Positions 30,461-46,877 are shown, counted from the first letter of the stretch. The stretch is 64,000 nucleotides of DNA from an uncultured delta proteobacterium (GCA_963814585.1 CAWFDF010000011.1:1-64000), one strand, 5' to 3'. Program-made: numbers and translations. Notes: generated by a model not told the origin, from the letters alone.

Positions 30461-30598
30461 GACGTCCTTCTCCTGGGCCGCTTGCACCGCGCCGGAGGGC
30501 GGCGGTGGTCCGGGCACCGCTGTGGGAACCGCGGGATCTAGTCGGATCGGGCGGTTACGTCAACCCCCTGGCCCCGCCCGGCCGGGCCGCCTCGCCGC

Positions 30599-31913
30599 CT
30601 ACTTGCCGCCGCCGGCCACCATCATCTTGAAGAACTCGTCGTGGCTCTTCACCTGGCGGAACTTGTCGAGCATGAACTTCATGGCCTCGACGTTGTCGAG
30701 CCCGTTCAGGATGGTCTGGCGCAGGATGTAGATCTTGGAGAGCCAGTCGGGCGGCAGCAGCAGCTCTTCCTTGCGGGTGCCGCGACTTGTCGATGTCCAT
30801 GCACGGGAAGATGCGCTTCTCCATGAGCTTGCGGTCGAGGACGATCTCCGATGTTGCCGGTGCCCTTGAACTCCTCGAAGATGACCTCGTCCATGCGGCT
30901 GCCGGTGTCGACCAGCGCGGTGGCGATGATGGTCAGGCAGCCGCCCTCCTCGATGTTGCGGGCCGCGCCGAAGAAGCGCTTGGGCTTGTGGAGGGCGTTG
31001 GAGTCCACGCCGCCGGAGAGGATCTTGCCGCGAGGGCGGGACCACGGTGTTGTAGGCGCGCGCCAGGCGGGTGATGGAGTCGAGCAGGATCACCACGTCG
31101 CGCTTGTGTTCCACCAGCCGCTTGGCCTTCTCGATGACCATCTCGGCCACCTGCACGTGGCGGGTGGCGGGCTCGTCGAAGGTGGAGCTGATGACCTCGC
31201 CCTTCACGGTCCGCTCCATGTCGGTGACTTCCTCGGGCCGCTCGTCGATGAGCAGCACGATCAGCTTGACCTCGGGGTGGTTGGTGGTGATGGCGTTGGC
31301 GATGTTCTGCAGCAGCATCGTCTTGCCGGCGCGCGGCGGCGAGACGATCAGGCAGCGCTGGCCCTTGCCGATGGGCGCGATCAGGTCCACGATGCGGGTG
31401 GTCATGTTCTTGGGGTCGTGCTCGAGCTGGAGCCGCTCGTTCGGGTAGAGCGGGGTCAGGTTGTCGAAGAGGATCTTGTCCTGGTTCTCCTCGGGCGGTC
31501 GAGCCGTTGATCGACTCGACCTTGAGCAGGGCGAAGTAGCGCTCGCCCTCCTTGGGCGGCCGGATCGTGCCGCGCAGCGTGTCGCCGGTGCGCAGGTTGA
31601 AGCGCCGGATCTGCGACGGCGAGACGTAGATGTCGTCGGGGCCCGGGAGGTAGTTGTAGTCGGGGCTGCGCAGGAAGCCGAAGCCGTCGGGCAGCACCTC
31701 CAGCGTCCCCTCGCCTCCGACCTCCATCTCCTCCTTCTTCTCCTCGGCCACCCTGGAGCGGGCGGTGAGGATGGCGAAGATCAGGTCCTGCTTCTTGAGC
31801 GAGCTGGCCCCCTCGATGTCGAGGGAGCGGGCCAGGGCCGCCAGCTCGGCCACCTTCAGGTGCTTCAGCTCGGGGATGGAGGCGGTGGCGGGCGCGGCGG
31901 CGTCGGTGGACAT
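30599..31913 (-). CDS. rho: Transcription termination factor Rho (several apparent frameshifts)
   Basis: [57 protein letters not shown] and [10 protein letters not shown]. Confidence 0.96.
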
Positions 31914-32167
31914 GGAACCGTCCGTGAGGTGAGGCCAGGCGGCTGGTCGAGGCGCGGCGCTGGCTGGTGGATCGTCGCTCGGGAAGCGAGGAGGGGAGGC
32001 CCTGACGGTACGGCGTGGCCGCGGGCCTGTCAACGAGCCGCCGGACGGGAGCTCCACTCCGGCCCGGCGCCGCTCCACGCGCCGTCACCCACACCCATGG
32101 TGCGGGTGCTGCGGACCGGCCGCGGTGTCATGGGAACGAGGTACGAGGGCGAGGTGCGTGGGTGTAG

Positions 32168-36564
<4,397 letters not shown>

Positions 36565-36788
36565 GCGCGCGGCACCGACCGCAGGGGCCGTCCGTCCGGC
36601 CAGCCCCCCGACCGCGCTTCGAGGTGCGCGGGCGACCGCCAGCGACCGTTCGCGCCCCGCGCCGCCCGTGAAGTTGCGGCCCGCGAGCGGCGCGTGGTAC
36701 GGCTCGCCTCCTGCACGCCGTCCGCGCCTCGCGGCCGGCGCCTCCCACGGCGGGCACCCGGCGGTTCGACTCCGCCGCCCGACGAGCC

Positions 36789-39494
36789 ATGACCGACGCC
36801 TCCCGGCGCGCCGCGCCGCCCCCCACCGCCACGCTCGACGACCTCATCCTCCTCGCCGAGAAGCCGACCCGGTACGTCGGCTGCGAGTTCGGCGCCGTGA
36901 AGAAGGACCTGGCCGCGGCGCGGGTCCGCTTCGCGCTGGGCTTCCCGGACACCTACGAGGTCGGCATGTCCAACCTCGGGTTCCGGCTCCTCTACCACCT
37001 GCTCAACGACCAGGCCGGCATCGCCTGCGAGCGGGTCTTCCTGCCCTGGCCGGACCTCGAGGCCCTGCTGCGCGGGCGAGGCCTGCCGCTCTTCACGCTC
37101 GAGTCGCGCGCCCCGGTCCGTGACTTCGACGTGCTCGGCCTCACCCTGCAGTTCGAGCTCTGCTACACCAGCGCGCTGGCGGTGCTCGACCTCTCCGGGA
37201 TCCCGCTGCTGGCCGCCGGTCGCGGCGACCAGGACCCCATCGTCCTCGGCGGCGGCCCCTGCGCCTACAACCCCGAGCCCATCGCCGACTTCTTCGACGC
37301 CTTCGCCGTGGGCGAGGGCGAGGAGGTGGCGGTGGAGATCGCCGAGGCCATCGCCGACTCCGGCTTCCGCCGCGGCGGCGCCACCCGGGCCCAGCTGCTG
37401 GAGCGGCTGGCCGGCATCCCCGGCGTCTACGTGCCGAGCTTCTTCGCGCCGCGCTACCACGCCGGATCGCGGGCCCTGGCCGGCATCGACGCGCTGCGCC
37501 CCGGGTACGAGCGCGTCGAGCGGCGGGTCATGCCCGACCTCGACACGCTCCCGACCAGCGCCTACACCAACCCCATGGTGCCGTTCATGGCGACGGTGCA
37601 CGATCGGCTCCCGGTCGAGCTGCAGCGGGGCTGCACGCGCGGCTGCCGCTTCTGCCAGGTGGGGATGATCACCCGGCCCACCCGCCAGCGCAGCCCGGCC
37701 AGGGTGCTGGAGCTGGCCGAGACCGGCCTGCGCGCCTCGGGCTACGAGGAGGTGGGGCTGCTCTCGCTCTCCTCCGGCGACTACGCCTGCCTCGACCCGC
37801 TGCTCGACGACTTCATCGGCCGCTACGAGGGCGAGAAGATCGCCATGTCGCTGCCGTCGCTGCGCACCGAGACCATGTCGGACTCGCTGGCCGAGAAGAT
37901 TGGCCGCATCCGCAAGACCGGCTTCACGCTGGCGCCCGAGGCGGCCACCGAGCGGATGCGCGCCGTCATCAACAAGGGGAACCACGAGGCGGACCTGCTC
38001 CAGGCGGTCGAGTCGATCTTCAAGAACGGCTGGTCGCTGCTCAAGCTCTACTTCATGATCGGCCTGCCCGAGGAGCGCGACGAGGACGTGGTGGCGATCG
38101 CCGCGCTGGCCCAGAAGTGCCTGGCGGCGGCCCGTCGCGTGCTGCCCAAGGGGCAGGGCTCGGCCGCCATCCACCTCGGCGCCTCGACCTTCGTGCCCAA
38201 GCCCTTCACGCCCTTCCAGTGGGAGCCCATGATCCGGCCGGAGGAGACCCGGCGCCGGCAGGCGCTGGTCACGGCGGCGCTGGGCGGGCGCGGCGGCGCC
38301 ATCCAGTTCAAGCCGCACGACTCGCGCCAGTCCTCCATCGAGGGGGCGCTGGCGCTCGGCGATCGGCGCGTCGGCACCGCGGTGCTCCACGCCTTCCGGG
38401 CCGGGCAGCGGCTCGACGGCTGGACCGAGTGGTTCGACGAGGGGCGCTGGCTGGCCGCCTTCGCCGAGTGCGAGCGGATCCACGGCGTCGGCATCGACTT
38501 CTTCGCCCACCGGCGGCGGCCGTTCGACGAGGTGCTGCCCTGGGACCGGATCGACTGCGGCGTCACCAAGGCCTACCTGCAGGAGCAGATGGAGGCGGCG
38601 CGGTCGCTGACCGAGGTGCCCGATTGCGTGCTGGCCCCGTGCACCGCCTGCGGCGCCTGCGACTTCAAGGTGGTGAAGAACCGGGTCTACGAGCCGAAGG
38701 ACTACGTCAAGGCGCCCGCCCTTCCGCCACGCCCGCCGGAGTCGCCGCTCCGGAGCCACGTCCGCATCCGCTACGCCAAGCTCGGGCGGCTGGTGGCGCT
38801 CTCCCACCTCGAGACCATGCACTCGCTGCTGCGGGCCTTCCGCCGGGCCGGGCTGCACATGGCCTACTCGCAGGGCTACCACCCGAAGCCGAAGATCTCC
38901 TTCGGGCCCGCCCTCTCGGTCGGCATCGAGAGCCGGGCCGAGCTGCTCGACCTGGAGCTGGTCGGGGAGGCCGACGAGGCCGATATCGCCCGGCGGGTGA
39001 CGACGGCGCTGCCGGAGGGGCTGAAGCTCCTCTCGGTCGAGCTGCTCCAGCCGGGTGAGCCATCGATCGGCGAGGCGCTCCGGGCCGTCCACTATGTCGC
39101 TGAATTCACTGATGTTTCATGGACCAGTGAACGACTCCGGGACAGGGTCGAGGCCTTCCTGGCGGCCGACTCGGCGGTGATCCAGCGGGTCAAGCCACCC
39201 AAGAACAAGGACCGGCGGCGCCACCAGCGGGTTGCAGGGACCGGGCAAAGAGAGATAAACCTCAAGGAAATCGTGACTCACCTCGGCGTCGAAGGGCCGA
39301 GCCGGGTCGCGTTCAGCTTGCGGGCGGATCCCTCGGGGAGCGCGCGTCCAGCCGAGGTGCTGGCGGCGGTCTTCGGCGAAGCAGGAAGGCCGCCCACGGG
39401 AGTACGACTTCTGAAGGAGGGCGTGAGCCTGGCGAAGACCGAGCGGACCGGACCCACGGGCCAGCCGCGCGCTCCTCGCTACCTCGACGCCTGA
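36789..39494 (+). CDS. TIGR03960-type radical SAM protein fused to a C-terminal DUF2344/TIGR03936 domain
   Basis: FPDTYEVGMSNLG, RGCTRGCRFC, FTLAPEA, FVPKPFTPFQW; C-terminal YSQGYHPKPKISF; usual position upstream of Rne/Rng. Confidence 0.9.
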   Translation: MTDASRRAAPPPTATLDDLILLAEKPTRYVGCEFGAVKKDLAAARVRFALGFPDTYEVGMSNLGFRLLYHLLNDQAGIACERVFLPWPDLEALLRGRGLPLFTLESRAPVRDFDVLGLTLQFELCYTSALAVLDLSGIPLLAAGRGDQDPIVLGGGPCAYNPEPIADFFDAFAVGEGEEVAVEIAEAIADSGFRRGGATRAQLLERLAGIPGVYVPSFFAPRYHAGSRALAGIDALRPGYERVERRVMPDLDTLPTSAYTNPMVPFMATVHDRLPVELQRGCTRGCRFCQVGMITRPTRQRSPARVLELAETGLRASGYEEVGLLSLSSGDYACLDPLLDDFIGRYEGEKIAMSLPSLRTETMSDSLAEKIGRIRKTGFTLAPEAATERMRAVINKGNHEADLLQAVESIFKNGWSLLKLYFMIGLPEERDEDVVAIAALAQKCLAAARRVLPKGQGSAAIHLGASTFVPKPFTPFQWEPMIRPEETRRRQALVTAALGGRGGAIQFKPHDSRQSSIEGALALGDRRVGTAVLHAFRAGQRLDGWTEWFDEGRWLAAFAECERIHGVGIDFFAHRRRPFDEVLPWDRIDCGVTKAYLQEQMEAARSLTEVPDCVLAPCTACGACDFKVVKNRVYEPKDYVKAPALPPRPPESPLRSHVRIRYAKLGRLVALSHLETMHSLLRAFRRAGLHMAYSQGYHPKPKISFGPALSVGIESRAELLDLELVGEADEADIARRVTTALPEGLKLLSVELLQPGEPSIGEALRAVHYVAEFTDVSWTSERLRDRVEAFLAADSAVIQRVKPPKNKDRRRHQRVAGTGQREINLKEIVTHLGVEGPSRVAFSLRADPSGSARPAEVLAAVFGEAGRPPTGVRLLKEGVSLAKTERTGPTGQPRAPRYLDA

Positions 39495-39701
39495 AGGTTT
39501 CGAGCTTCTCAACGATTCATGCCCCGGGACCGGGCCGCGGAACGCGCGGCCGCCCGGCGCGAAGGGTGGCGGATTCGTGAGCTTCTGCTCCGAACAAGAT
39601 CCGAAGGCTCCGGCGCCGCCGGGGACGCTTCGATCGCGGTTGGCCGATCCGGCCGACCTCGCTCCACTCGCGCCACCGGCCCGGGCTCACAGGGGTCCGC
39701 C

Positions 39702-42254
39702 ATGGCCGAGAACAAGAGCAGCCTCGTAATCAACGCCGCAGGCGCGGAGACCCGCGTCGCGCTGATCGAGAACGGGACGATCCACGAGTACTACCTCGAG
39801 CGAAAGCGCGAGAAGGGGATCGTCGGCAACATCTACAAGGGGCGCGTGGTCCGGGTCCTCCCGGGCATGCAGGCCGCCTTCGTCGACATCGGGCTGGAGA
39901 AGGCCGCCTTCCTCTACGTCGGCGACGTCTACGGCGATCCCGACTTCTCCGAGGAGTTCGAGCTGACCGAGGGCGAGCACCCCGTCGGCGCGCCGGAGGT
40001 CCCGACCGAGGAGGAGGCGGAGCAGCAGGAGCTGCGGGCCCAGGCCGAGGCCAGCGCGCCGCCCGCCGAGGGTGCGCTGCCCGAGGGCATGCCGGCCGGC
40101 GAAGGGGTCGCGCCCGCCGACGGAGCCGATGGGGCCACGTCCGAGCCCGTCGAGCCGCTGGCCTCGATGGAGCCGGGGGACGAGGCTCCGGCCGGCGAGG
40201 CGTTGCCGGCCCGGGAGGAGGCGCCAGCGAGCGAGCGGGCCGAGGCCGCCGAGCCCCTGGCAGGGGTCGAGCCCCTGGTCGAGGCCGCGCCGGAGGCCGG
40301 GGTCGCGCGGGCCGAGGCGAGCACCACCGAGCTGCCGCCGCCGCTGCCGCCGCTCCTTCCGGCCGCGCCCCGGGAGCCGCTGCCACCGCTCTCGGCGGAC
40401 GAGCTGGCCCTGATCGGGATCCCGACGCAGCCGCCCGAGGCGGCCGCCGTGACGGGCGAGGCCGGTGGCGTGGATGCCGCCGGCGTCGGGCCGGAGGCCG
40501 CCGCCGCCGGGACGTCCGCGCCGCAGGGCGAGGCGCCCGCCGCCGGCCAGATCGCGGCGCCGGCTCGCGAGGCGGCGCGAGAGGCTCGCGAGCCGAGGGG
40601 CGATCGCGAGGGGAAGGGCGAGCGCAAGGGACGTGACCGGGAGCGGAACGGCAAGGACCGAGGCCGCGGCGGGCATGGCCACGGCGGCCACCGCGAAGAG
40701 CGCAAGCCCAAGGAGATGAAGAACATCCAGGACCTGCTCAAGGAGGGGCAGGAGGTGATCGTCCAGGTCGCCAAGGACCCCATCGGCACCAAGGGCGCCC
40801 GCATCACCAGCCACATCTCGCTGCCGGGCCGGCACCTGGTCTTCATGCCGACGGTGGACCACATCGGGATCTCGCGCCGCATCGAGCGCGACGGCGAGCG
40901 GCGTCGCCTGCGCGAGATCGTCGACCGGATGCGCCCGGAGGGGACCGGCTTCATCGTCCGGACCGTGGCCGACGGCGTGGACGCCGAGAAGCTCGAGGCC
41001 GACATCCGCTTCCTCATCCAGGTCTGGAACGAGATCATCCGGACCAAGGACAAGGTGGGCGCCCCGGCGCTGCTGCACGGCGACCTCGACCTGATCCTGC
41101 GCGCCACCCGCGACCTCTTCACCTCCGAGGTCGGCAAGATGGTGATCGACGACCGCGACGAGTACGAGCGGATCCTGCGCTTCGTGCACGAGCAGGCGCC
41201 GCACCTCGAGTCGCAGATCGAGCTCTACACCGGCGAGGAGCCGGTGCTCGACGCCTACGGGATCGAGCAGGAGCTGAAGCGGGCCGGGCAGCGCAAGGTC
41301 TGGCTGAAGAGCGGCGGCTACATCATCATCGATCAGGCCGAGGCGCTCACCGCGGTGGACGTCAACTCGGGGCGCTACGTCGGCAAGAAGAGCCTCGAGG
41401 AGACCATCACCAAGATCAACGTCGAGGCGGCCAAGGAGATCGTCTACCAGCTCCGGCTGCGGAACATCGGCGGCATCATCATCATCGACTTCATCGACAT
41501 GGACAAGGCCCAGAACCGCGACAAGGTCTTCAAGTCCTTGCAGGAGGCGCTGGGGCGGGACAAGGCCAAGACCAACGTCCTCAAGATCTCCGAGCTGGGG
41601 CTGGTGGAGATGACCCGCAAGCGCGTCCGCGAGTCGACCACGCGGATGATGAACGAGCCGTGCAGCTACTGCGACGGCAAGGGGCACCTCAAGTCCAAGA
41701 TCACGGTGGCCTACGAGGTCTTCCGCGAGATCCGGCGCGAGTCGGCCCACTTCCAGGATCCGGTGCTGGTGGTCAACTGTCACCCCGAGGTGGCCAACAT
41801 CCTCCAGGGCGCGGAGCGCGACGAGCTGCGCTACCTGATGGACCGCTGCAACAAGACCATCCAGGTGAAGGCGCAGGGCAGCTACCACCAGGAGCAGTTC
41901 GACATCTACGGCCGCCACGAGCGGATCGAGCAGGGGCGCGACGGCGTGGGGAGCCCGGCGGGCGGCGGCGGGTCCGGAGCCAGCGGCGGTGGTGGCGGCG
42001 GCGAGCGGCACGACCGCGGTGGCGAGCGGCACGACCGCGGCGGTGAGCGGGGTGGCGACCGCGGCGGTGAGCGCGGCGGTCGCGATCGTGGTGGGCGTGG
42101 CCGGAATCGCGGTGGCCGTGGCGGGGGCGGAGGAGCTGGCGGCGGCGGTGGTGGTCGCGCAGAGAACCGCGCCGACCGGGGAAGCGAGAAGAGCGCCGAG
42201 AAGAGCGGCGAGGCCGCGCCCGCGCCGGCGACGGAAGGTGGCGAGAAGCCCTAG
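39702..42254 (+). CDS. Ribonuclease E/G family
   Basis: GNIYKGRVVRVLPGMQAAFVDIG, VQVAKDPIGTKGAR, VDVNSG, LRLRNIGGIIIIDFIDM; long low-complexity insert and Arg/Gly-rich tail. Confidence 0.95.
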   Translation: MAENKSSLVINAAGAETRVALIENGTIHEYYLERKREKGIVGNIYKGRVVRVLPGMQAAFVDIGLEKAAFLYVGDVYGDPDFSEEFELTEGEHPVGAPEVPTEEEAEQQELRAQAEASAPPAEGALPEGMPAGEGVAPADGADGATSEPVEPLASMEPGDEAPAGEALPAREEAPASERAEAAEPLAGVEPLVEAAPEAGVARAEASTTELPPPLPPLLPAAPREPLPPLSADELALIGIPTQPPEAAAVTGEAGGVDAAGVGPEAAAAGTSAPQGEAPAAGQIAAPAREAAREAREPRGDREGKGERKGRDRERNGKDRGRGGHGHGGHREERKPKEMKNIQDLLKEGQEVIVQVAKDPIGTKGARITSHISLPGRHLVFMPTVDHIGISRRIERDGERRRLREIVDRMRPEGTGFIVRTVADGVDAEKLEADIRFLIQVWNEIIRTKDKVGAPALLHGDLDLILRATRDLFTSEVGKMVIDDRDEYERILRFVHEQAPHLESQIELYTGEEPVLDAYGIEQELKRAGQRKVWLKSGGYIIIDQAEALTAVDVNSGRYVGKKSLEETITKINVEAAKEIVYQLRLRNIGGIIIIDFIDMDKAQNRDKVFKSLQEALGRDKAKTNVLKISELGLVEMTRKRVRESTTRMMNEPCSYCDGKGHLKSKITVAYEVFREIRRESAHFQDPVLVVNCHPEVANILQGAERDELRYLMDRCNKTIQVKAQGSYHQEQFDIYGRHERIEQGRDGVGSPAGGGGSGASGGGGGGERHDRGGERHDRGGERGGDRGGERGGRDRGGRGRNRGGRGGGGGAGGGGGGRAENRADRGSEKSAEKSGEAAPAPATEGGEKP

Positions 42255-42434
42255 TGCCGCGCCCCAGGCAAGATGCCTGCTGCGAGAGCCGATCCTCTCG
42301 CTGCGGCAGGCGGCCTCGTCGGTCCGCTGCTCAGCGTAGCGCTGCTACGCTTCCGCTGCTCCCTCCTCGGGCGCCAGCCTCGCTTCGGTCTCGGCTCTCT
42401 CGTCACGTCATCTTGCCTGGGGCGCGGCACTAGG
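42250..42434. mobile_element. 185-bp MITE-like element with 26-bp perfect terminal inverted repeats
   Basis: CCTAGTGCCGCGCCCCAGGCAAGATG (42250-42275) and its exact reverse complement (42409-42434); related copy at 52984-53078. Confidence 0.75.
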
Positions 42435-42595
42435 CAGGCGAGCCATGGCGGAAGGGTCCGGGCAGCGTGCCGGGAGGGCCCAGCCGGCGCCCACGCGTTA
42501 TGCCCGTGGAACCCTTGCTGATTTCGGGATGTTCGGCTAGTCTCGCTCCACCCCAAAGCGGTCTGAAGGAGCTGGATCGCCAACGCGGAGCGCCG

Positions 42596-42922
42596 ATGCT
42601 GAAGTCGGATCTCATCAACATCCTCGTCGTGAAGCGCGGTGTGACCCAGAAGCAGGCGGAGTCCACCATCGAGACCATCTTCGACTCGATGAAGGACGCC
42701 CTCTGTCGCGGCGAGAACATCGAAATCCGCGGACTTGGCGCCTTCCACGTGAAGCACTACGAGGGCTACCAGGGCCGCAACCCGAAGACCGGCGAGGTCA
42801 TCCCGGTCAAGCCGAAGCGCGGCATCCTCTTCAGGACCGGCAAGGAGCTGCGCGACCGGGTCAACCTGGGCGAGGAGCCGGGCGGAGGATCCACGCCCCC
42901 GGCAGGCCCGGCTAGCGCCTAG
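42596..42922 (+). CDS. ihfB: Integration host factor beta / HU family DNA-binding protein
   Basis: MLKSDLI...IEIRGLGAF...GRNPKTGE...FRTGKELRDRVN. Confidence 0.85.
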   Translation: MLKSDLINILVVKRGVTQKQAESTIETIFDSMKDALCRGENIEIRGLGAFHVKHYEGYQGRNPKTGEVIPVKPKRGILFRTGKELRDRVNLGEEPGGGSTPPAGPASA

Positions 42923-42975
42923 CCCCCGTCCCGACCGGCCAGTCGCCTCCGAAGCGCCCGTGGACCGGGCGCTTT

Positions 42976-45058
42976 TCAAGCCGCCAGCTCGAGTCGCCCG
43001 ACCGGGCGGATCGGCTGATCCGCCGGCAGCTCGTCGTAGGCGAGCACCTGGAGCCTCGGCCAGCGCGGCGCCACCAGCAGCCGGACCGCGCGCCGCACGT
43101 CGCCGCTCGCCAGCAGGACCGGGCCGTCACCCGCCTCCCCCAGGGCCCGCTCCAGCGCCTCGAGCAGGCGAGCCGCCCGCGCCGGCTCGAGCGCAGGCCA
43201 CTCGCCCAGCATCGACTCCCGGACCGCCTGCTCGGCCCCAGGATCGAGGAGGAGCGCGGGGAGGGCGTGGCCGCCGCCGGCCCGGTGACCGATCTGGCGG
43301 CGGAGCGCCCGCCGTGCCGCCGCCGCGAGCACCGCGGCACCCCGGGCGCCGCCGCCTCCCTCCAGCAGCGACTCCAGGATGCTCCGGAGCGGCCGGATCG
43401 ACACGCCCTCCTCCAGCAGGCGGCGCAGGACCTCGGCCAGGAGCGCCGGCGCCACCTGCCGCGACACCTCGCGCACCAGGGCGGGGGCCTGCGACTCGAG
43501 TCCGTCGAGCAGCGCCTGGGCCTCCTGGACGCCCACCAGCAGGCCGGCGTTCCGCTCCAGCTCGGCGGCGCAGGCGGCGGCGATCCGCTCCAGGGGGCCG
43601 AGCAGCGGTCCGAGCGCCCGCGCCCGCGCCGCCTCCTGCTCCGACACCACGGCCGCCCTCCTCCCGCTGGCCGGCTCGAGCTCGGGCCGCATGGCGATCC
43701 CCGCCAGCGCCAGATCGTCGAGGGGAGCGAGCGAGAGCCGCTCGTCGAGCGAGACCTGGCCGCGCGCCGACGGGACGTCGTGGATCAGCAGGACCCACTG
43801 GCCGGGCTCCAGCGGGGCCTCGCGGATCAGGAGCGTCGGCGCCACGACGCCCAGCTCGCGCCAGAGCCGCTGGCGCAGCGCCGTGACCAGCTCGTGCACG
43901 AAGTCGTCCCGGCCGGCGCGGGCCAGGGCCAGGAGGTCGCCAGCCAGCTCCAGCACCACGGCGCCGGTCTCGTCACCGGGGATCGAGCCAACCCCGCCCG
44001 CGGCCTCACCGGCCACGCCGCGACCCGGCGCGCCCGGGACACCGTGGACGGGCAGCCTCCCCGGGAGGCGGCGCAGCCCGCGCCAGCACAGGGCACCGGC
44101 CACGACGGCGAGGACCAGGAACGGCGGGGCCGGAAGGCCGGGCGTCAGGGCGATGCCGCCGAGCAGCAGCGCCACCACCGCCAGCGCCCGGGGATCGCCG
44201 AGGAGCTGCCGTCCCACCTCGCTGCCGAGCCGCTCGGCGTCCTCCGCAGAGGCCACCCGCGTCACGGCCACGCCGGCGGCCACCGCCACCAGCAGCGCCG
44301 GCAGCTGCGCGGTGAGACCGTCGCCGACCGCCAGCAACACGGCTCGCTCCGCCGCCACGCCGAGGGGCCGGCCACGCAGCGTGAGCGCGACCAGTCCGCC
44401 CACGGCATTGACCAGCACGATGGCCACGCCGGCGATGGCGTCCCCCTTCACGAACTTGAGGGCGCCGTCCATGGCGCCGTAGAGCTGGCTCTCCCGCTCC
44501 AGGGCCCGGCGCCGCCGCGAGGCGCCCGCGCCGTCGATCAGCCCGGCCCGCAGGTCGGCGTCGATGGCCATCTGCTTGCCGGGGAGGGCGTCGAGCGTGA
44601 AGCGCGCCGCCACCTCCGCCACGCGCTCCGCGCCCTTGGCCACCACCAGGAGCTGGACCAGCGTGAGGATGGCGAAGACCACCGCACCGGCCACCGGGCT
44701 CCCCTGGACCACGACCCGGCCGAAGGCCTCGATGACCCGTCCTGCCTCACCCCGGGTCAGGACGAGCCGGGTCGACGAGACCGAGAGGGCCAGCCGCAGC
44801 AGGGTGGTGAGCAGCAGGATCGACGGGAAGCTCGCGAAGGCCAGCGCATCGCGGGACAGCAGCGTGACCACCAGCACCGTGGCGGCCAGCGCCAGCGAGA
44901 GCGCCAGGCCGGCGTCGAGCAGGGCGGGCGGGACTGGCGCCACCAGCATCACCACCAGGGCGACGACCGCCAGCGCGAAGCCGGCATCGCCGGTGCCGCG
45001 AAGCGCCGGCGTCGCCTGAACCGCGGAGGCGGTCGAGGAGGGGGCGGATCCAGCTCAA
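42976..45058 (-). CDS. sctV: Type III export gate SctV/FlhA (frameshift near 44990)
   Basis: FPSILLLTTLLRLAL, GAERVAEVAARFTLDALPGKQMAIDADL, YGAMDGALKFVKGDAIAG. Confidence 0.92.
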
Positions 45059-46090
45059 GCGGAACCCGGGGCATGGAGGCCGTGAAGGTGGGCGAGCACC
45101 GCGGCGGCGGCGTCGTAGAGCTCCTCGGGGATCTCGTCGCCCACCTCGGCGAGGCGGTGGAGCGCGCGCGCCAGCGGTGGGTCGCGGACGACGGGCACCC
45201 CGGCGCGGCGGGCCTGCGAGCGGAGCCGCGCCGCGGCGCGCCCGGTGCCCTTCGCCAGCACGCGGGGGGCCTCACCCGAGCCGCGCACATGGTGAAGCGC
45301 CACGGCCACGTGGGTCGGGTTGACCACCAGGCAGGTGGCGCGGGCCAGCGGGGCCGCCTCGGCGAGGGCGCGATGGACGCGTCGCCGCTCCGCCTTGTGG
45401 CGCGGGTCGCCCTCGTCGTCCCTCGCCTCGCGGCGGACCTCGTGGCGCGACATGCGCAGCCGCCGCTGGTGGCGCCAGCGGACCAGCAGCCAGTCGGCGC
45501 CTCCGAGCAGCAGGAGCACGCCGGCCAGCCGCCATGCCAGCGGCCAGAGCAAGGCGGCCAGCGCCGGGCCGGGCGCCTCGGCCCGCGGCAGCCGGGCCAG
45601 CGCCGCGGCGGTGGCGCGCCAGCCGTGCAGCGCGGCGGCGATCACCAGCGTCGCCTTGAGCAGGCCGAGCCCGAGGGAGGCGAGCCTCGCCATGGAGAGG
45701 AGCCGGGCCAGGCCACGGACCGGATCGACCCGCTCCAGCCTCGGCGCCAGCGGCGCGAGGCTGCAGAGCCCGCCGGACTGCAGGGCGCCCGCGGCGAGGG
45801 CGGCGGCCAGGGCGGCCAGTCGCCGGGGGAGCGGCGAGGCGCAGCATCGCCAGCGCCGCGGAGAGGAGCGCGCCTCCCGGAGGCCGCTCCGCCCCGGCCG
45901 CGGCCAGCAGGCCGCCGCGGACCTCGCCGGCCAGGGCGCCGAACCACCACGGCCCGCAGGCGGCGAGGGCGGCGAGGCCGGCCAGCAGCGAGACCGCGCC
46001 GCTCAGCTCGCGCGAGATCGCCACCTCGCCGAGCCGCCTGGCCTCGGCCAGTCGCTTCGGCGTGGCCGGCTCGGTCCGGTCGCCGCTCAC
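45055..46090 (-). CDS. sctU: Type III export switch SctU/FlhB (frameshifted)
   Basis: RTEPATPKRL.EARR.G, EGDP and autocleavage motif NPTH. Confidence 0.9.
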
Positions 46091-46877
46091 GGGGACCCTC
46101 CGGGCGCGCCACGCCGGGGAGCCAGCGCCGGGAGCTCCCCGGCCAGCGCCACCAGCGGCCACCAGCCGCCCGGCGCCCGCCGAGGCGGCCAGCGCCATGG
46201 CCAGCAGCCCGAGCGAGGCGCGCGCCGGCTGGGTCAGCTCGGGGAGCTGGAGACCGGGGGCGACGCGCAGCACGGCCGCCACCGCCAGCTCGGCGGCGAG
46301 GACGCCGGCCACCGCCGGGGCCGCCACCGCCACCGCGGCGGTGAGCGCCATCGACGAGGCGCGCAGCGCCAGCTCGGCCACGGGCGCGGCGGCGAAGGGC
46401 GCACCGGCGGGGAGGGCCGCGAAGGAGGACAGCAGGCCGCGCACCACGAGCCGGAGCCCGCCGCCCAGCGCTGCCAGCACGACCAGCTGCTGCACCAGCA
46501 GGTCGCCCAGCGCCGTCTCCCGCTGCCGCAGGGGCGCCACGTGCAGCTCCGCCAGCGTGGCCCCGCGCGCCGGTGTCGGCCAGGCGACCCGCGGCGCGGG
46601 CCGCCTCGAGCGGGGCGGCCACCACCACCGCCAGCCCGGCGCCGAGCGCCAGCTCGCGCCAGGCCAGCGCGGCCAGCGCCATCCCCTCCGCCGCGATCGG
46701 CCGCGCCCCGCCCAGGAGCCAGGCTGCCGTCCCCAGGCCGGCCGCCAGCAGCAGCCGCAGCGGCGCCGGCGCCAGCGGCCCACCGAGGAAGGGCGAGAGG
46801 ACCGCCACGGGCACGAGCCGGAGCGCGTGGAGCAGCGGCGCGGCCAGCGCCTCGGGGGCGAGCGCGGGGCCGATCAC
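46087..46877 (-). CDS. sctT: Type III export protein SctT/FliR (frameshifted)
   Basis: R..P....PFLGG; AAGRLADT.RG; APAVAGVLAAELAV...RVAP.LQ; position between sctS and sctU. Confidence 0.8.

Noticed and set aside
30599..31913. Pseudogenisation of rho, aftD and other frameshifted genes
   Set aside because: Motifs are intact in alternating frames with no nonsense decay; the pattern is window-wide and best explained by sequencing indels.
41985..42155. GGC/GGT-rich tandem repeats as a separate repeat element
   Set aside because: They encode the in-frame Gly/Arg-rich tail of RNase E/G.
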